In this document: in pieces, positions 29,987 through 38,604 of the stretch
How positions within the stretch are numbered: position 1 is the stretch's first letter
How the letters are laid out: every line of letters starts with the position of its first letter
Virus record (IMG/VR): IMGVR_UViG_3300013713_000001
Location: 96,001-160,000 of that record
Reading direction: 5' to 3' (one strand)
From: a virus
Lineage: Duplodnaviria > Caudoviricetes
Length of the DNA stretch: 64,000 nucleotides
Made by a program: the position numbers and the translations under genes
Notes under the pieces: model-generated
Told to the model about the DNA's origin: nothing
Seen by the model: the letters and a program-made list of their open reading frames with translations, nothing else
Database searches by the model: none

Positions 29987-30052
29987 CGAGCCAAGTCCTC
30001 TAGTCTTGTTATAACCTCTGTGCACGAGGCTACCTTAAATACACTCACGCTT

Positions 30053-30071
30053 GGATAATGTAGGTTTGAAA
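30053..30071 (-). promoter_or_regulatory. Putative phage early promoter TTTCAAACCTACATTATCC
   Basis: Identical 19-mer at 35345..35363; intergenic, just downstream of a terminator; core TACATTAT resembles the phiKZ early TATATTAC motif. Confidence 0.7.
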
Positions 30072-30098
30072 TTGGATAGCAAATTTTAAAGTTGCATA

Positions 30099-30139
30099 AA
30101 TACCCCTCCCTGGCCCATTGCAGGCCAGGGAGGGGTATT
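30099..30139 (-). terminator. Capsid gene terminator
   Basis: 17-bp perfect stem AATACCCCTCCCTGGCC-CATTGCA-GGCCAGGGAGGGGTATT. Confidence 0.8.
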
Positions 30140-30213
30140 ACTTTCAGGACAGGATCCAACTCACAAACGACGGTACGGGTATAGCAACTGACCGTAGTTC
30201 GTAGGCGGGATGA

Positions 30214-32409
30214 TTACGCGTTTGGGTCAGTCACCGGCTGCAGCTTGATGTCGCCAGCGTTGGCCAGGCGAACAGCTTTGACTGCCAGGTCGTTGATCAG
30301 ACCACCGTCGGTCAGGAACAGGTGCGCGTCTTCGATGAAGAGGCGACCCACGACCACGTTCAGACCCCAGTGCTTGTAGGTCGGCAGGGTCATGACAACA
30401 CCGAAGTCCTTGTTACCACGAGTCACGTTGCCTTGCACAACGATGTTCTCTTTGGTAACGACGACACCGATACCGGCCAGCGGATCGATGACTTCCGACG
30501 ACGAGTCGTTCTTCGGCACGATGGTGACGTAGCCGATTTCCGAATCGAAGTTGGTTTCGATGACGTCGGTCTTCTCGACCGGGCCGATGGTACGAGCGTC
30601 ACCCGAACGGAAGATGAAGCGGCTGATGTTCTGGTGAGCCACGATCGACCAGCGACCGCTCATGTCACCCGAGGTGTACTCGGCAACAGCCGCCAGGCCC
30701 GAACGGGTGTTCAGCGCAGCGATGATGTCGGCGATCTCGTTGGTGATGGCAGCGGAGGTAGCGTTCCACACGTCGTACGAGCCGTTCGCCGAAACCACGT
30801 CGCTCAGCTTCAGCTTGCGGTCGACGCAGGTCGGGGTCAGGAAGTGCTGACCAGCCAGAACTTCGGAGCCTTGGCTGTTGGCAACAACCGCCGAACCGTC
30901 GATCTGCTTGATGTACTCGATGTGCTTGCGCGCTTCAACGAACGCAGTCTTGGAGCACTGGTTGTTGATGATGATCGACATCTGCTTCAGAGCGAAGTCC
31001 AGGGATTCCTGGTAGACGTCTTTGTCGCTGACCGGGTACTGGACCGAGATCGGCGAACGGCGCTGAACCGACAGGTGCTTGTACGCATCGAACACTTCCA
31101 CGCGGTAGCCGAAGTTGCCGCGGTTGGTGTTGTTGACGTTCTGACCGGTACGGGTCGACACGACGGTGCCTTGCTTCAGGGTGTTGAACAGCGCCTGTTG
31201 CGGGCTGGCAGCATTGCCGTACTTCACAACAGCCTTGGTGTTGATGTCGTACAGCTCGGAGATGCCAACGGAGCCGGCCAGCAGGGTCAGGTCACCGCGC
31301 TGACGCTGGTAGGTACCGGTCAGTTGCAGCTGGAGGCGAGGCTCGTAGCCGGCAGCCAGGAATTCGGCAAAGATGGTTTCGCCGATGTTGTTCCCGTCTT
31401 TGTCCTGGACCGAGAAACCTGGGTACTGCTGGATCTTCAGGTTCAGGGTACGCTCGTCGGAGCTCTGGATCTGACCGCCGACGCCGAAGGTGTTGTTCGA
31501 CATGGCAGCGGTGTTGATGAACACGACGTGCTCTTTGGAGCCGACGGTCAGCTTGACGCCGATGCGTTTGATGGCGATGGAGTTGGACTCCAGCTCATCG
31601 GTGTTGCCCCACGGCTGTTGACCAGGGGTCTGGGTCAGGGCCAGGAAGTTCGGGATGCTGACCGGAACAGCCAGGTCCTGGGTCAGGTGTTCCTGACGGC
31701 CGTAGGCGTCGCCCGGCATGTACTTGATCTTGGTCGGTGCCGAGATGTCCGAGCCGGCGAAGAAGCGACGGGTGTCGGCGCCGTCGTCAGCAGGCCAGAC
31801 CGGGTACACGGCCAGGACTTCTTCTTTGAACATGTCGCCGGAACGCAGCAGGCCGAAGACCGGACGCAGATCGGAAGCCGACTGGAAGGCGGTAGCGCCG
31901 TAGGTGTAGGTACCCAGGCCAGCGGCACGGACGGACATTTCGACGCCTTCTTCGCGGTAGCCGATCGAGATCGGAGCGTACAGGGCGTCAGCGCCTTTGG
32001 TCTGCAGGTGGGACTGGGCGTTCAGCACCAGGTTGGCCGCGCGGATCGACTGCTCGTCGCCCTTGAAGTTCTGCAGCGAGAAACCTTCCTGACCTGCGAC
32101 AGCGGCGAAGTTCTGGCCGCTGGAGTTGAAGCTTTCGATGAGGTCGCTGGCGCGGCCTTTGATGTCTTGGGCCCAGGCGCTTTTGATCGCGTCGAAGTTG
32201 TTCGGCTTGAAGCCGTCGAACATTTTCTTGACCTGCAGCGATTCGCTACCGCTGACCGAGCTCAGGGCGCTCTGGAATTCCTGGTAGCTTTCGCTGCCAT
32301 TCACCGAGGCCAGGTTGCCGGAAGCGAGGGCCTGCTTGGCGGCGTGGAAGAGGTTCGGGGACTTGTCGACACCCGCTTTGACGCTTTTCAGTTTCAGATC
32401 GTTAGCCAT
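30214..32409 (-). CDS. Major capsid protein (phiKZ gp120-like)
   Basis: 731 aa, extreme codon bias, N-terminal propeptide ending AVAGQE/GFS, N.N.TN...FG motif, next to DnaB. Confidence 0.85.
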   Translation of the reverse strand: MANDLKLKSVKAGVDKSPNLFHAAKQALASGNLASVNGSESYQEFQSALSSVSGSESLQVKKMFDGFKPNNFDAIKSAWAQDIKGRASDLIESFNSSGQNFAAVAGQEGFSLQNFKGDEQSIRAANLVLNAQSHLQTKGADALYAPISIGYREEGVEMSVRAAGLGTYTYGATAFQSASDLRPVFGLLRSGDMFKEEVLAVYPVWPADDGADTRRFFAGSDISAPTKIKYMPGDAYGRQEHLTQDLAVPVSIPNFLALTQTPGQQPWGNTDELESNSIAIKRIGVKLTVGSKEHVVFINTAAMSNNTFGVGGQIQSSDERTLNLKIQQYPGFSVQDKDGNNIGETIFAEFLAAGYEPRLQLQLTGTYQRQRGDLTLLAGSVGISELYDINTKAVVKYGNAASPQQALFNTLKQGTVVSTRTGQNVNNTNRGNFGYRVEVFDAYKHLSVQRRSPISVQYPVSDKDVYQESLDFALKQMSIIINNQCSKTAFVEARKHIEYIKQIDGSAVVANSQGSEVLAGQHFLTPTCVDRKLKLSDVVSANGSYDVWNATSAAITNEIADIIAALNTRSGLAAVAEYTSGDMSGRWSIVAHQNISRFIFRSGDARTIGPVEKTDVIETNFDSEIGYVTIVPKNDSSSEVIDPLAGIGVVVTKENIVVQGNVTRGNKDFGVVMTLPTYKHWGLNVVVGRLFIEDAHLFLTDGGLINDLAVKAVRLANAGDIKLQPVTDPNA

Positions 32410-32485
32410 GATACATTCCTGTCGAGAAAGTTGTTATGCAAGTTAATGCGGTATTAAACTGCACATAAAATACTATACCGCTTTG

Positions 32486-33031
32486 TCAGGGGTTCTGCCG
32501 GTTCACAAAGGCGTAAACGTTTGCCATGGAAAACACCCCTACAGCGGGACGTATTACCTTACCGTTATGAACTTTCAGATAACCTACTTGCTCATAAAGT
32601 GTTTGCTGCAATGCCAGAGAGAGCGTACGACCTTTCAACGACTCCCATCCAGCGGTGGAAACACGGTCTTCCGGTTCGATAACCAGGAGGATCGTCTGAC
32701 CCACAGAAATCGATTTGAAGTGCGTAGAGCGCAACAGGTGTTCGCGTAACGAATTACTGTCGATCTCATTGAATGCTTGCTCAACCATACCGCCGTTGTA
32801 ACCGTCACCAAAGAGCGTCGTCAATTCGGGCATGTCTACACCCAGAAGTCTGGCCGCTTCTTGCTGTACAGCAATGTAAGCCGCTACCTGGTGAAACGTC
32901 AACTTGTCATGGTATGAATGAATTTTGTGCAGATCCATCAGTTGGATCTTGCTGACCTGAACGGCCTCCAAGAGGTCGCTGGTCAAGAAGATTACATGGA
33001 ACGGATCTCCGTTCGGATATTTGAAGATCAT
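32486..33031 (-). CDS. Conserved hypothetical protein between capsid and helicase genes
   Basis: 181 aa with AGGAG RBS. Confidence 0.65.
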   Translation of the reverse strand: MIFKYPNGDPFHVIFLTSDLLEAVQVSKIQLMDLHKIHSYHDKLTFHQVAAYIAVQQEAARLLGVDMPELTTLFGDGYNGGMVEQAFNEIDSNSLREHLLRSTHFKSISVGQTILLVIEPEDRVSTAGWESLKGRTLSLALQQTLYEQVGYLKVHNGKVIRPAVGVFSMANVYAFVNRQNP

Positions 33032-33057
33032 TGGTATTTTGCTCCTAGGAGTTAGGA

Positions 33058-34587
33058 ATGAACGATTTGCTGGTGTTGGTCAAAATACTGACCTCGGTGT
33101 ATCAGGCAAAAAAGCTTAAAGACAAAAACCTGACCACCGAACTAACTGAAATTCTGGAAGAACTGCCGGCACCTCCTCCCGACATTTTGACGCAAGACAA
33201 GGCGCTTCGGGAAGGGATTCGAGCCGCAATCTTCTGGACCCTCGAACAGGAGGATGGAGATCCGCTTATAAAATCTCTGTTGCAACAGCGTATCGCCGTA
33301 TTTAGCAAAGGCGATGACACAATCAAGAAGGTTGTGGCTGATGGCATGGAAGACTTTGAATCGGAAGAAATGGTTCGTCGGTTGATCTTTAGACAGATCA
33401 AGGACATTCGTAAGAACGCTCAGGAAGAAGCCTTCCAGAAGAAGTTCCGTCAAAAGATCCGTGACTTTGCGTACAAAGATCTCCACGAGATGAAACGTGA
33501 AGACTGGGGTGCTTTGCTGGACCTTATCCAAGAAAGGGTTAACGACTCGTTTAACGAACGTCAATCCGAAGTAGTGGTGTCGGTCAACACCAATGACCCA
33601 GCGAGCATGTTGGCGGTCATCGAATTGGCCAAGCGGGAGAAGAGTCCCGAAGGTATCTTGATCAGTCCGCTCCAAGGTCTGAACATTGCAATGTACCCTG
33701 ACGGTGGGTTTAACCGTAACAAGACGTACATGATCGAAGCCCTGACCAACCGGGGTAAGTCATTGACCATGGGTCATCTCCTGTGGGGTATTGCGAAGTA
33801 CAACAAGCCGTTCCTTCGTGACCCTTCGAAGATCCCTACTATCTGCTTCGACTCATCGGAAGACACGATGGGCTTGGTACTCGAGCGGATGTACAAGCTG
33901 AGCTGTGCAGCGTCGTTGGACATGGACGCTAACTTCTTGAGCGATGATTCGATCTCTATTGCTGATGAGATCGCCAAGTCGTTTAAAGAGAACGGTTGGT
34001 TCCTCGTCATCAACCAGATCGAATCGAACAAAGAGGACATGAACCGCTTGATGGATCGTGTTCGTACCTTGGAGCTCAAAGGTCACGAGATTATCCTCTA
34101 CGGTTACGACTACCTGGCCTTGATGAACTACGACAAGATCCCAGGCGACAGCAAGTCTGACAAACTGCAGTTGTTGTACCGTCGTGTTCGTTCGTTCATG
34201 ATCAACCGCGGTATCTGCTTCATCACTCCTCACCAGCTTAACCCGGATGCTAAGCGTTCGTTGAAAGAGATGGATGACGAGAGTGAGGTGTACTTCATTC
34301 GTGAGACCGCTGGACAGTCGATGACTGAAACGTCGACAAAGATCACTAACGAAGTGGATTGTGTATTGGGGATTCACGTAGCTCGCGGTCAGCAAGCCAG
34401 CTACTGGTGCTGCATGCTTGGGAAGATGCGGGGTGAAGGTGCCCCTCCACCTGATCGGTTCTTCTTCTACAAGCTTGATCCGAAGTTTGGGTTACTCCAT
34501 GACATTATGGGCAAACCCATGTTCCGACGCAGCCTGCAACAACGCATTACCGAACGTGGCTTAGAGAACGACTCCGACATGATGTAA
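33058..34587 (+). CDS. dnaB: DnaB-like replicative helicase (phiKZ gp118-like)
   Basis: SF4 motifs ALTNRGKS, SSED, GYDYLAL, PHQLN, EVD, GKMRG. Confidence 0.9.
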   Translation: MNDLLVLVKILTSVYQAKKLKDKNLTTELTEILEELPAPPPDILTQDKALREGIRAAIFWTLEQEDGDPLIKSLLQQRIAVFSKGDDTIKKVVADGMEDFESEEMVRRLIFRQIKDIRKNAQEEAFQKKFRQKIRDFAYKDLHEMKREDWGALLDLIQERVNDSFNERQSEVVVSVNTNDPASMLAVIELAKREKSPEGILISPLQGLNIAMYPDGGFNRNKTYMIEALTNRGKSLTMGHLLWGIAKYNKPFLRDPSKIPTICFDSSEDTMGLVLERMYKLSCAASLDMDANFLSDDSISIADEIAKSFKENGWFLVINQIESNKEDMNRLMDRVRTLELKGHEIILYGYDYLALMNYDKIPGDSKSDKLQLLYRRVRSFMINRGICFITPHQLNPDAKRSLKEMDDESEVYFIRETAGQSMTETSTKITNEVDCVLGIHVARGQQASYWCCMLGKMRGEGAPPPDRFFFYKLDPKFGLLHDIMGKPMFRRSLQQRITERGLENDSDMM

Positions 34588-34603
34588 TCGAAGAAAAAAG
34601 AAA

Positions 34604-34650
34604 CATAGTTTAGTACCCTACCAGCCCTGAGGGCTGGTAGGGTAACTATG
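34604..34650. terminator. Bidirectional hairpin, TACCCTAC family
   Basis: TACCCTACCAGCCC-TGA-GGGCTGGTAGGGTA with CATAGT/ACTATG flanks as at 20244. Confidence 0.85.
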
Positions 34651-34656
34651 TCTGCT

Positions 34657-35205
34657 TTAGAGCTTTATCCCGTAGGACTCACGGACCATTGCGTCATAGG
34701 TGGCCATCGCCAGAGCTACATCGCCTTTAGTGATCCACTGGAGCTGAGCCATACAAGCTTCTTTCTCCCACGGTTGAGTCAGGTAGCCCTGTATCTCGAT
34801 CTTGTGGTATTCACCTTCCCAACGCATCTCCATGAATGCGATCGATTCCATACGACCGTCCCATACCTGCTTAACGTGCGTCATCTCGTGAATCAGCGTG
34901 CCGATGTTCATGAACTCTTCACAGATTCCTTCATGGTCCTTGTATTGACCTTTCATGTTCTCCGGGTAGATTACCACGGACAGCGGGTCCTCTTTGTTGT
35001 AGCTGACCTTCAGGGTCTCCAAGTCCAGGTGAGAAACAAACGCTTGAACCGGCGCATTGTCAATCTCAGGGAAGTCCCCTTTCTTGGCAAAGACGATATG
35101 CAAGGTTTTCCCCGGGTAACGTCTTTCAACATTGAAGACGTATTGCAGGCCATGATTACCAAACACGTTGCAGAAAGTTTCAACAGTGCCATTAATGAAT
35201 TGCAT
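34657..35205 (-). CDS. Small zincin metallopeptidase-like protein
   Basis: TLIHEMTHVKQ (HExxH) and downstream Y...PWEKEA; AAGGA RBS. Confidence 0.75.
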   Translation of the reverse strand: MQFINGTVETFCNVFGNHGLQYVFNVERRYPGKTLHIVFAKKGDFPEIDNAPVQAFVSHLDLETLKVSYNKEDPLSVVIYPENMKGQYKDHEGICEEFMNIGTLIHEMTHVKQVWDGRMESIAFMEMRWEGEYHKIEIQGYLTQPWEKEACMAQLQWITKGDVALAMATYDAMVRESYGIKL

Positions 35206-35344
35206 GATAGATTCCTTAAGGACAAATGAGATATAGGCTAGAACGCGCTGTAAGGCGCATTGTGCCGTTTAACTGGATAACACCAAGCTTTGTGTGTCTG
35301 AGAAACTAAACGTCTCAGAAACGTTATCTGTTGCTTTACTACAC

Positions 35345-35363
35345 GGATAATGTAGGTTTGAAA
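35345..35363 (-). promoter_or_regulatory. Putative phage early promoter TTTCAAACCTACATTATCC
   Basis: Exact copy of 30053..30071. Confidence 0.7.
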
Positions 35364-35384
35364 AACGGCAAACCTTAAGTATAA

Positions 35385-35414
35385 CCTCCTCCTAGCCGTT
35401 GGGCTAGGAGGAGG
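35385..35414 (-). terminator. Hairpin terminator
   Basis: CCTCCTCCTAGCC-GTTG-GGCTAGGAGGAGG. Confidence 0.7.
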
Positions 35415-35461
35415 GTTCAACGGTTGGGAGTACTACTATAATCGTTACAGTAATTTTTTAC

Positions 35462-36334
35462 TTATTTTCCAATTGGCACGTCAGTCCCGAAATCCAGGTC
35501 GATCGATGCGCCTTCCGGCGTGATGTAATGACAGATCGAATTACCACCTTTAGCCGTAGTAACCACGAGCAACGAACCGTTCGATTGAAGGGTTACCGTA
35601 TGTTGGCCAAATCGGTTACCGTTGCCAAAGTGAATAGAACCACTAGCACCCTCCTTACCCTGGGCCCCAAAGGTGAAGAAGTTTTTGCGTTCTTCTTCGG
35701 TCGCTTTGGAAGTCGATAGCACAAATTTCAAAATGGCCATCAGGAGCCCTTTGGTCGGCTCAGACAGTTTGTGCAAGTGAGTCAGCTCAACCACACTGTC
35801 TTCGTGCAGTGGTCCTGAGAGTGCATTCAGTAACCCACCCAAGAAGTCGAAATTACTGGCTGCGACCGAGATTCTTTTACGGTAGGCCAAGCCGTTCTTC
35901 TCGAACCACCCACGGGACCGGAGTGCCTCCTCAATAGCGTCTCCAAACGCCTGCTGGTTTTCTTTGGAGAGGATCTCCATGGTCTCGAAGCCAATGCTGA
36001 CGTCCTTAGGCTTCACGCACTCCTTGATCCCCCGCAGCTCGTCCAAGATCTCCTTAAGGAGGTTTGGGGTATGCTCCTTAATGGGGTCCATCTCAGTACG
36101 GCTTAGCCCTACAGGGGCTTTGTCCGGAATACTAGGACCTTGGCATGCCTTGGTGAATGCCTCTCGTAGGCCATTGGTATTGGGGTTGGTTAATAGGGCC
36201 TGGGTCACCTTGGCTAACTCATCCAGGTTAACCACCACATGAACCCCGAATACCCCCTGCCGTTGCAGCTGGAAGTTCAAAAGAATAGCTTCATGTTCAG
36301 TCGAAACATAAAGAGTATTTACGTCTTGGGCCAT
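35462..36334 (-). CDS. Hypothetical accessory protein
   Basis: About 290 aa, flanked by hairpins; start uncertain (36334 or 36346). Confidence 0.6.
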   Translation of the reverse strand: MAQDVNTLYVSTEHEAILLNFQLQRQGVFGVHVVVNLDELAKVTQALLTNPNTNGLREAFTKACQGPSIPDKAPVGLSRTEMDPIKEHTPNLLKEILDELRGIKECVKPKDVSIGFETMEILSKENQQAFGDAIEEALRSRGWFEKNGLAYRKRISVAASNFDFLGGLLNALSGPLHEDSVVELTHLHKLSEPTKGLLMAILKFVLSTSKATEEERKNFFTFGAQGKEGASGSIHFGNGNRFGQHTVTLQSNGSLLVVTTAKGGNSICHYITPEGASIDLDFGTDVPIGK

Positions 36335-36423
36335 TTTCTTCTTCACTTTTTCTGGTTTATGGGTTTGCTAACAATAAAAAGAACCCTGGGTTTAAAAATA
36401 AAGATCAAAAGCATAGAAGGAAG

Positions 36424-36449
36424 GGGTACTAGCCTAACGGCTAGTACCC
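36424..36449 (-). terminator. Hairpin terminator ending the virion block
   Basis: GGGTACTAGCC-TAAC-GGCTAGTACCC with a U-rich minus-strand tail. Confidence 0.7.
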
Positions 36450-36529
36450 TATTATTTATAGAAAATAATCCCCTTTCCCCAGCCAACTACCTAGAACCGT
36501 ATAGTAACAGCACGCTACTTAAAAGTTAC

Positions 36530-37870
36530 TTACGTCACTTCTACGATCTGGTTGTTCAGGAACAGAGACAGTGCAGTGCTCTGCCTAAACTTCAGGTCCT
36601 TTGGTGTTTGCTGGTCTCGGTTATGCTCCGTGCGTGCACCGATAAGCGTTCCCTCCTTGTAGGACAGTACGTCCCCGGTCATGTAGAAGAACCTGACCGG
36701 CATTCCTGGCTCAAGCTTGCTGTGGTCCGAGTTCATCCACTGAATGGTCTCAAGCGTCCCTTCACTGAAAGCATTTTCAGACAAGTGCTTGGCAAGGTTG
36801 TTTGTGGGCTGGTCAGTAAACGGTGACATCTCCTCACCACTGGCCCGTTGCGAGGTAGCGTACTCGCTCACGGTGTCAGCACGGGTACTCAGGTGAATGC
36901 CCTTGTTATAGTGCGACCCTGTTTCACCCATGATGGCATCGGGGCTGATGATCCGTTTACCAGTGCCCTTGTTCTGCTTGACGATATCCCGTCCATCGAT
37001 GTGCTTGGCATTCCCTGTGGAGAGAATGGTCGTTACCTTTCCTTCCGTGAAGTGGGTCACCTCCAGGGTAGGAAAGACGTCGGACGGCAAGCGGTAGATA
37101 TTTAAGACCTTACGGGCGGTCTCATAACGGTTCATCTTGAACAAGGGGAAGATATACCACATGCCCTTGCGGTAATACATCCCGAACCCTTTCGAGTAGA
37201 AGCCGAACTGATCATTGTTCTGCAGCCAGTCCCCAAGGTCCTTTAGGGGGACCGGTGGCGAGATGTCAATGATCGGGTAGATCTTCTGATTGTCCACCAG
37301 AGGCTCGATATCGACACCCTTCCAGGCATCCTGCCCAATAAGGTTCAGCTGCTTACCGTACTTGATCAGCTGGAACAGCAATGCGTCCTGCACCGTTTCC
37401 ATCAGGTGCTTGTCGGAGATGATCACGTTCTTCAACAAAGCATAGCCAGGCTCCATCATCTGGAACTGGACTTCAATGAGGTTCAGGTGGTCCTTTGCTT
37501 CCATGTTGGCAAGCTTGACACTGTTGCTTTCCATCTGGGGGTTAGCGTCCCCCATTGGAATCGCACGGTAACGTTGGGTCACCTGAGTCAATCCTTGTCG
37601 TTCGGTGACCTCAATAAACAGATTATCCTTATTTTTCAATACCTTATTCATGTACACGCCGGGTTGGATCTGCCCTCGGATGCGCAAGTCATCGGAGCGG
37701 TTCAGGGCGTACATGCTAAACCGTGACATCCCCCCAGGCATCAGCAGCTCGAACTGCCCATTGTCTGGGGTAATGATCATGGCGGTTAAGGTAGACATCG
37801 AGTAGGTCTGGTAGGTGTTAACCTTTCGCGCAAACTCGATGATGTTAGCTAACGCGCGAGGCATCTCCAT
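36530..37870 (-). CDS. Virion structural protein, baseplate hub-like (phiKZ gp101-like)
   Basis: 446 aa; LQ.....GFYSKG.G.YY...WYIFP and W.NSD...L.PGMPV motifs; synteny. Confidence 0.65.
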   Translation of the reverse strand: MEMPRALANIIEFARKVNTYQTYSMSTLTAMIITPDNGQFELLMPGGMSRFSMYALNRSDDLRIRGQIQPGVYMNKVLKNKDNLFIEVTERQGLTQVTQRYRAIPMGDANPQMESNSVKLANMEAKDHLNLIEVQFQMMEPGYALLKNVIISDKHLMETVQDALLFQLIKYGKQLNLIGQDAWKGVDIEPLVDNQKIYPIIDISPPVPLKDLGDWLQNNDQFGFYSKGFGMYYRKGMWYIFPLFKMNRYETARKVLNIYRLPSDVFPTLEVTHFTEGKVTTILSTGNAKHIDGRDIVKQNKGTGKRIISPDAIMGETGSHYNKGIHLSTRADTVSEYATSQRASGEEMSPFTDQPTNNLAKHLSENAFSEGTLETIQWMNSDHSKLEPGMPVRFFYMTGDVLSYKEGTLIGARTEHNRDQQTPKDLKFRQSTALSLFLNNQIVEVT

Positions 37871-38604
37871 CAGCTGTTACCCCTAAAGGACCAGTCTGGC
37901 AGTGAGGTTTCTACTTGAGGGCTAAACAAACCATCACTGATAGCCTCACTCGGAGTAAGCGAGTTCAGCATGGAGAGGTCTTCCTGGGTCACGGTAGAGC
38001 GTCCAGTATCGATACCCAGTCCTTCCAGGTAGCTGATAAAGTCCAGGTCGTCCTTTTTGTCCATTTCCAAGGAGGTCATGCCAAACAGGGCAGCCAGGCT
38101 CATGAAGCTGTCCTCGACGTGTTTCGCCTGTTCTTCCTTTGTAAGGAACGTGTCGCAGACCTTTAGGTATTGCTTGATCTTTTTGTACTCCGGGTAGAGG
38201 CAGTACGCCAAGCTCTCAATGTCCCGAAGTTCATCCAGCGGCGGTGGGCGGAATTCAGTGGCGTTTGTCACCAGTTCCACCCACAGCCGGATGTAACTTT
38301 GCGCTGCCTCAAAGATCTCGACAATGTGATCGTTGGGCCGAGAGAACCCTAGGTCTCGTTCCTTTGCCAGATTCGGGAGAATCTTGACGATCCGATGACA
38401 CTCCATCTGGACCTCTTGATACTCCTCGTAACGGGTGGGGTCCCCAATGACATCGTCGCGGGTAAAGATTTCGCGATTACGGAGTTCCTCAACTGTCATC
38501 ATCATGGCCGGCGTAACCCGCACAGGGTAGAGGCGGTTGTTCAGGATGTTGTACAGTCTGAAGATCTCTTCCCTTATGTAGTTATACCGTTTAAGGTCGA
38601 GCAT
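37870..38604 (-). CDS. Conserved hypothetical protein (phiKZ gp100-like by synteny)
   Basis: 244 aa; PPLDEL..IE.LA segment; coupled to both neighbours. Confidence 0.6.
   Translation of the reverse strand: MLDLKRYNYIREEIFRLYNILNNRLYPVRVTPAMMMTVEELRNREIFTRDDVIGDPTRYEEYQEVQMECHRIVKILPNLAKERDLGFSRPNDHIVEIFEAAQSYIRLWVELVTNATEFRPPPLDELRDIESLAYCLYPEYKKIKQYLKVCDTFLTKEEQAKHVEDSFMSLAALFGMTSLEMDKKDDLDFISYLEGLGIDTGRSTVTQEDLSMLNSLTPSEAISDGLFSPQVETSLPDWSFRGNS

Noticed and set aside
29956-30213. Open frame continuing in-frame past the capsid stop (possible readthrough)
   Set aside because: The stop is TAA and the extension crosses a strong terminator and a promoter motif; most likely chance.
30322-32457. 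711-aa antisense ORF over the capsid gene (similarly 24971..26953, 45210..46535, 53928..55169, 61623..63632)
   Set aside because: Codon-aligned shadows of strongly biased sense genes, with unnatural V/D/G/L/H-rich composition and no motifs.
35270-35330. Hammerhead-like CTGAGA...GAAAC
   Set aside because: Core is not CUGANGA and there is no NUH cleavage triplet in the right place.
35238-35420. 60-aa ORF
   Set aside because: Runs through a terminator and the promoter motif; no RBS.
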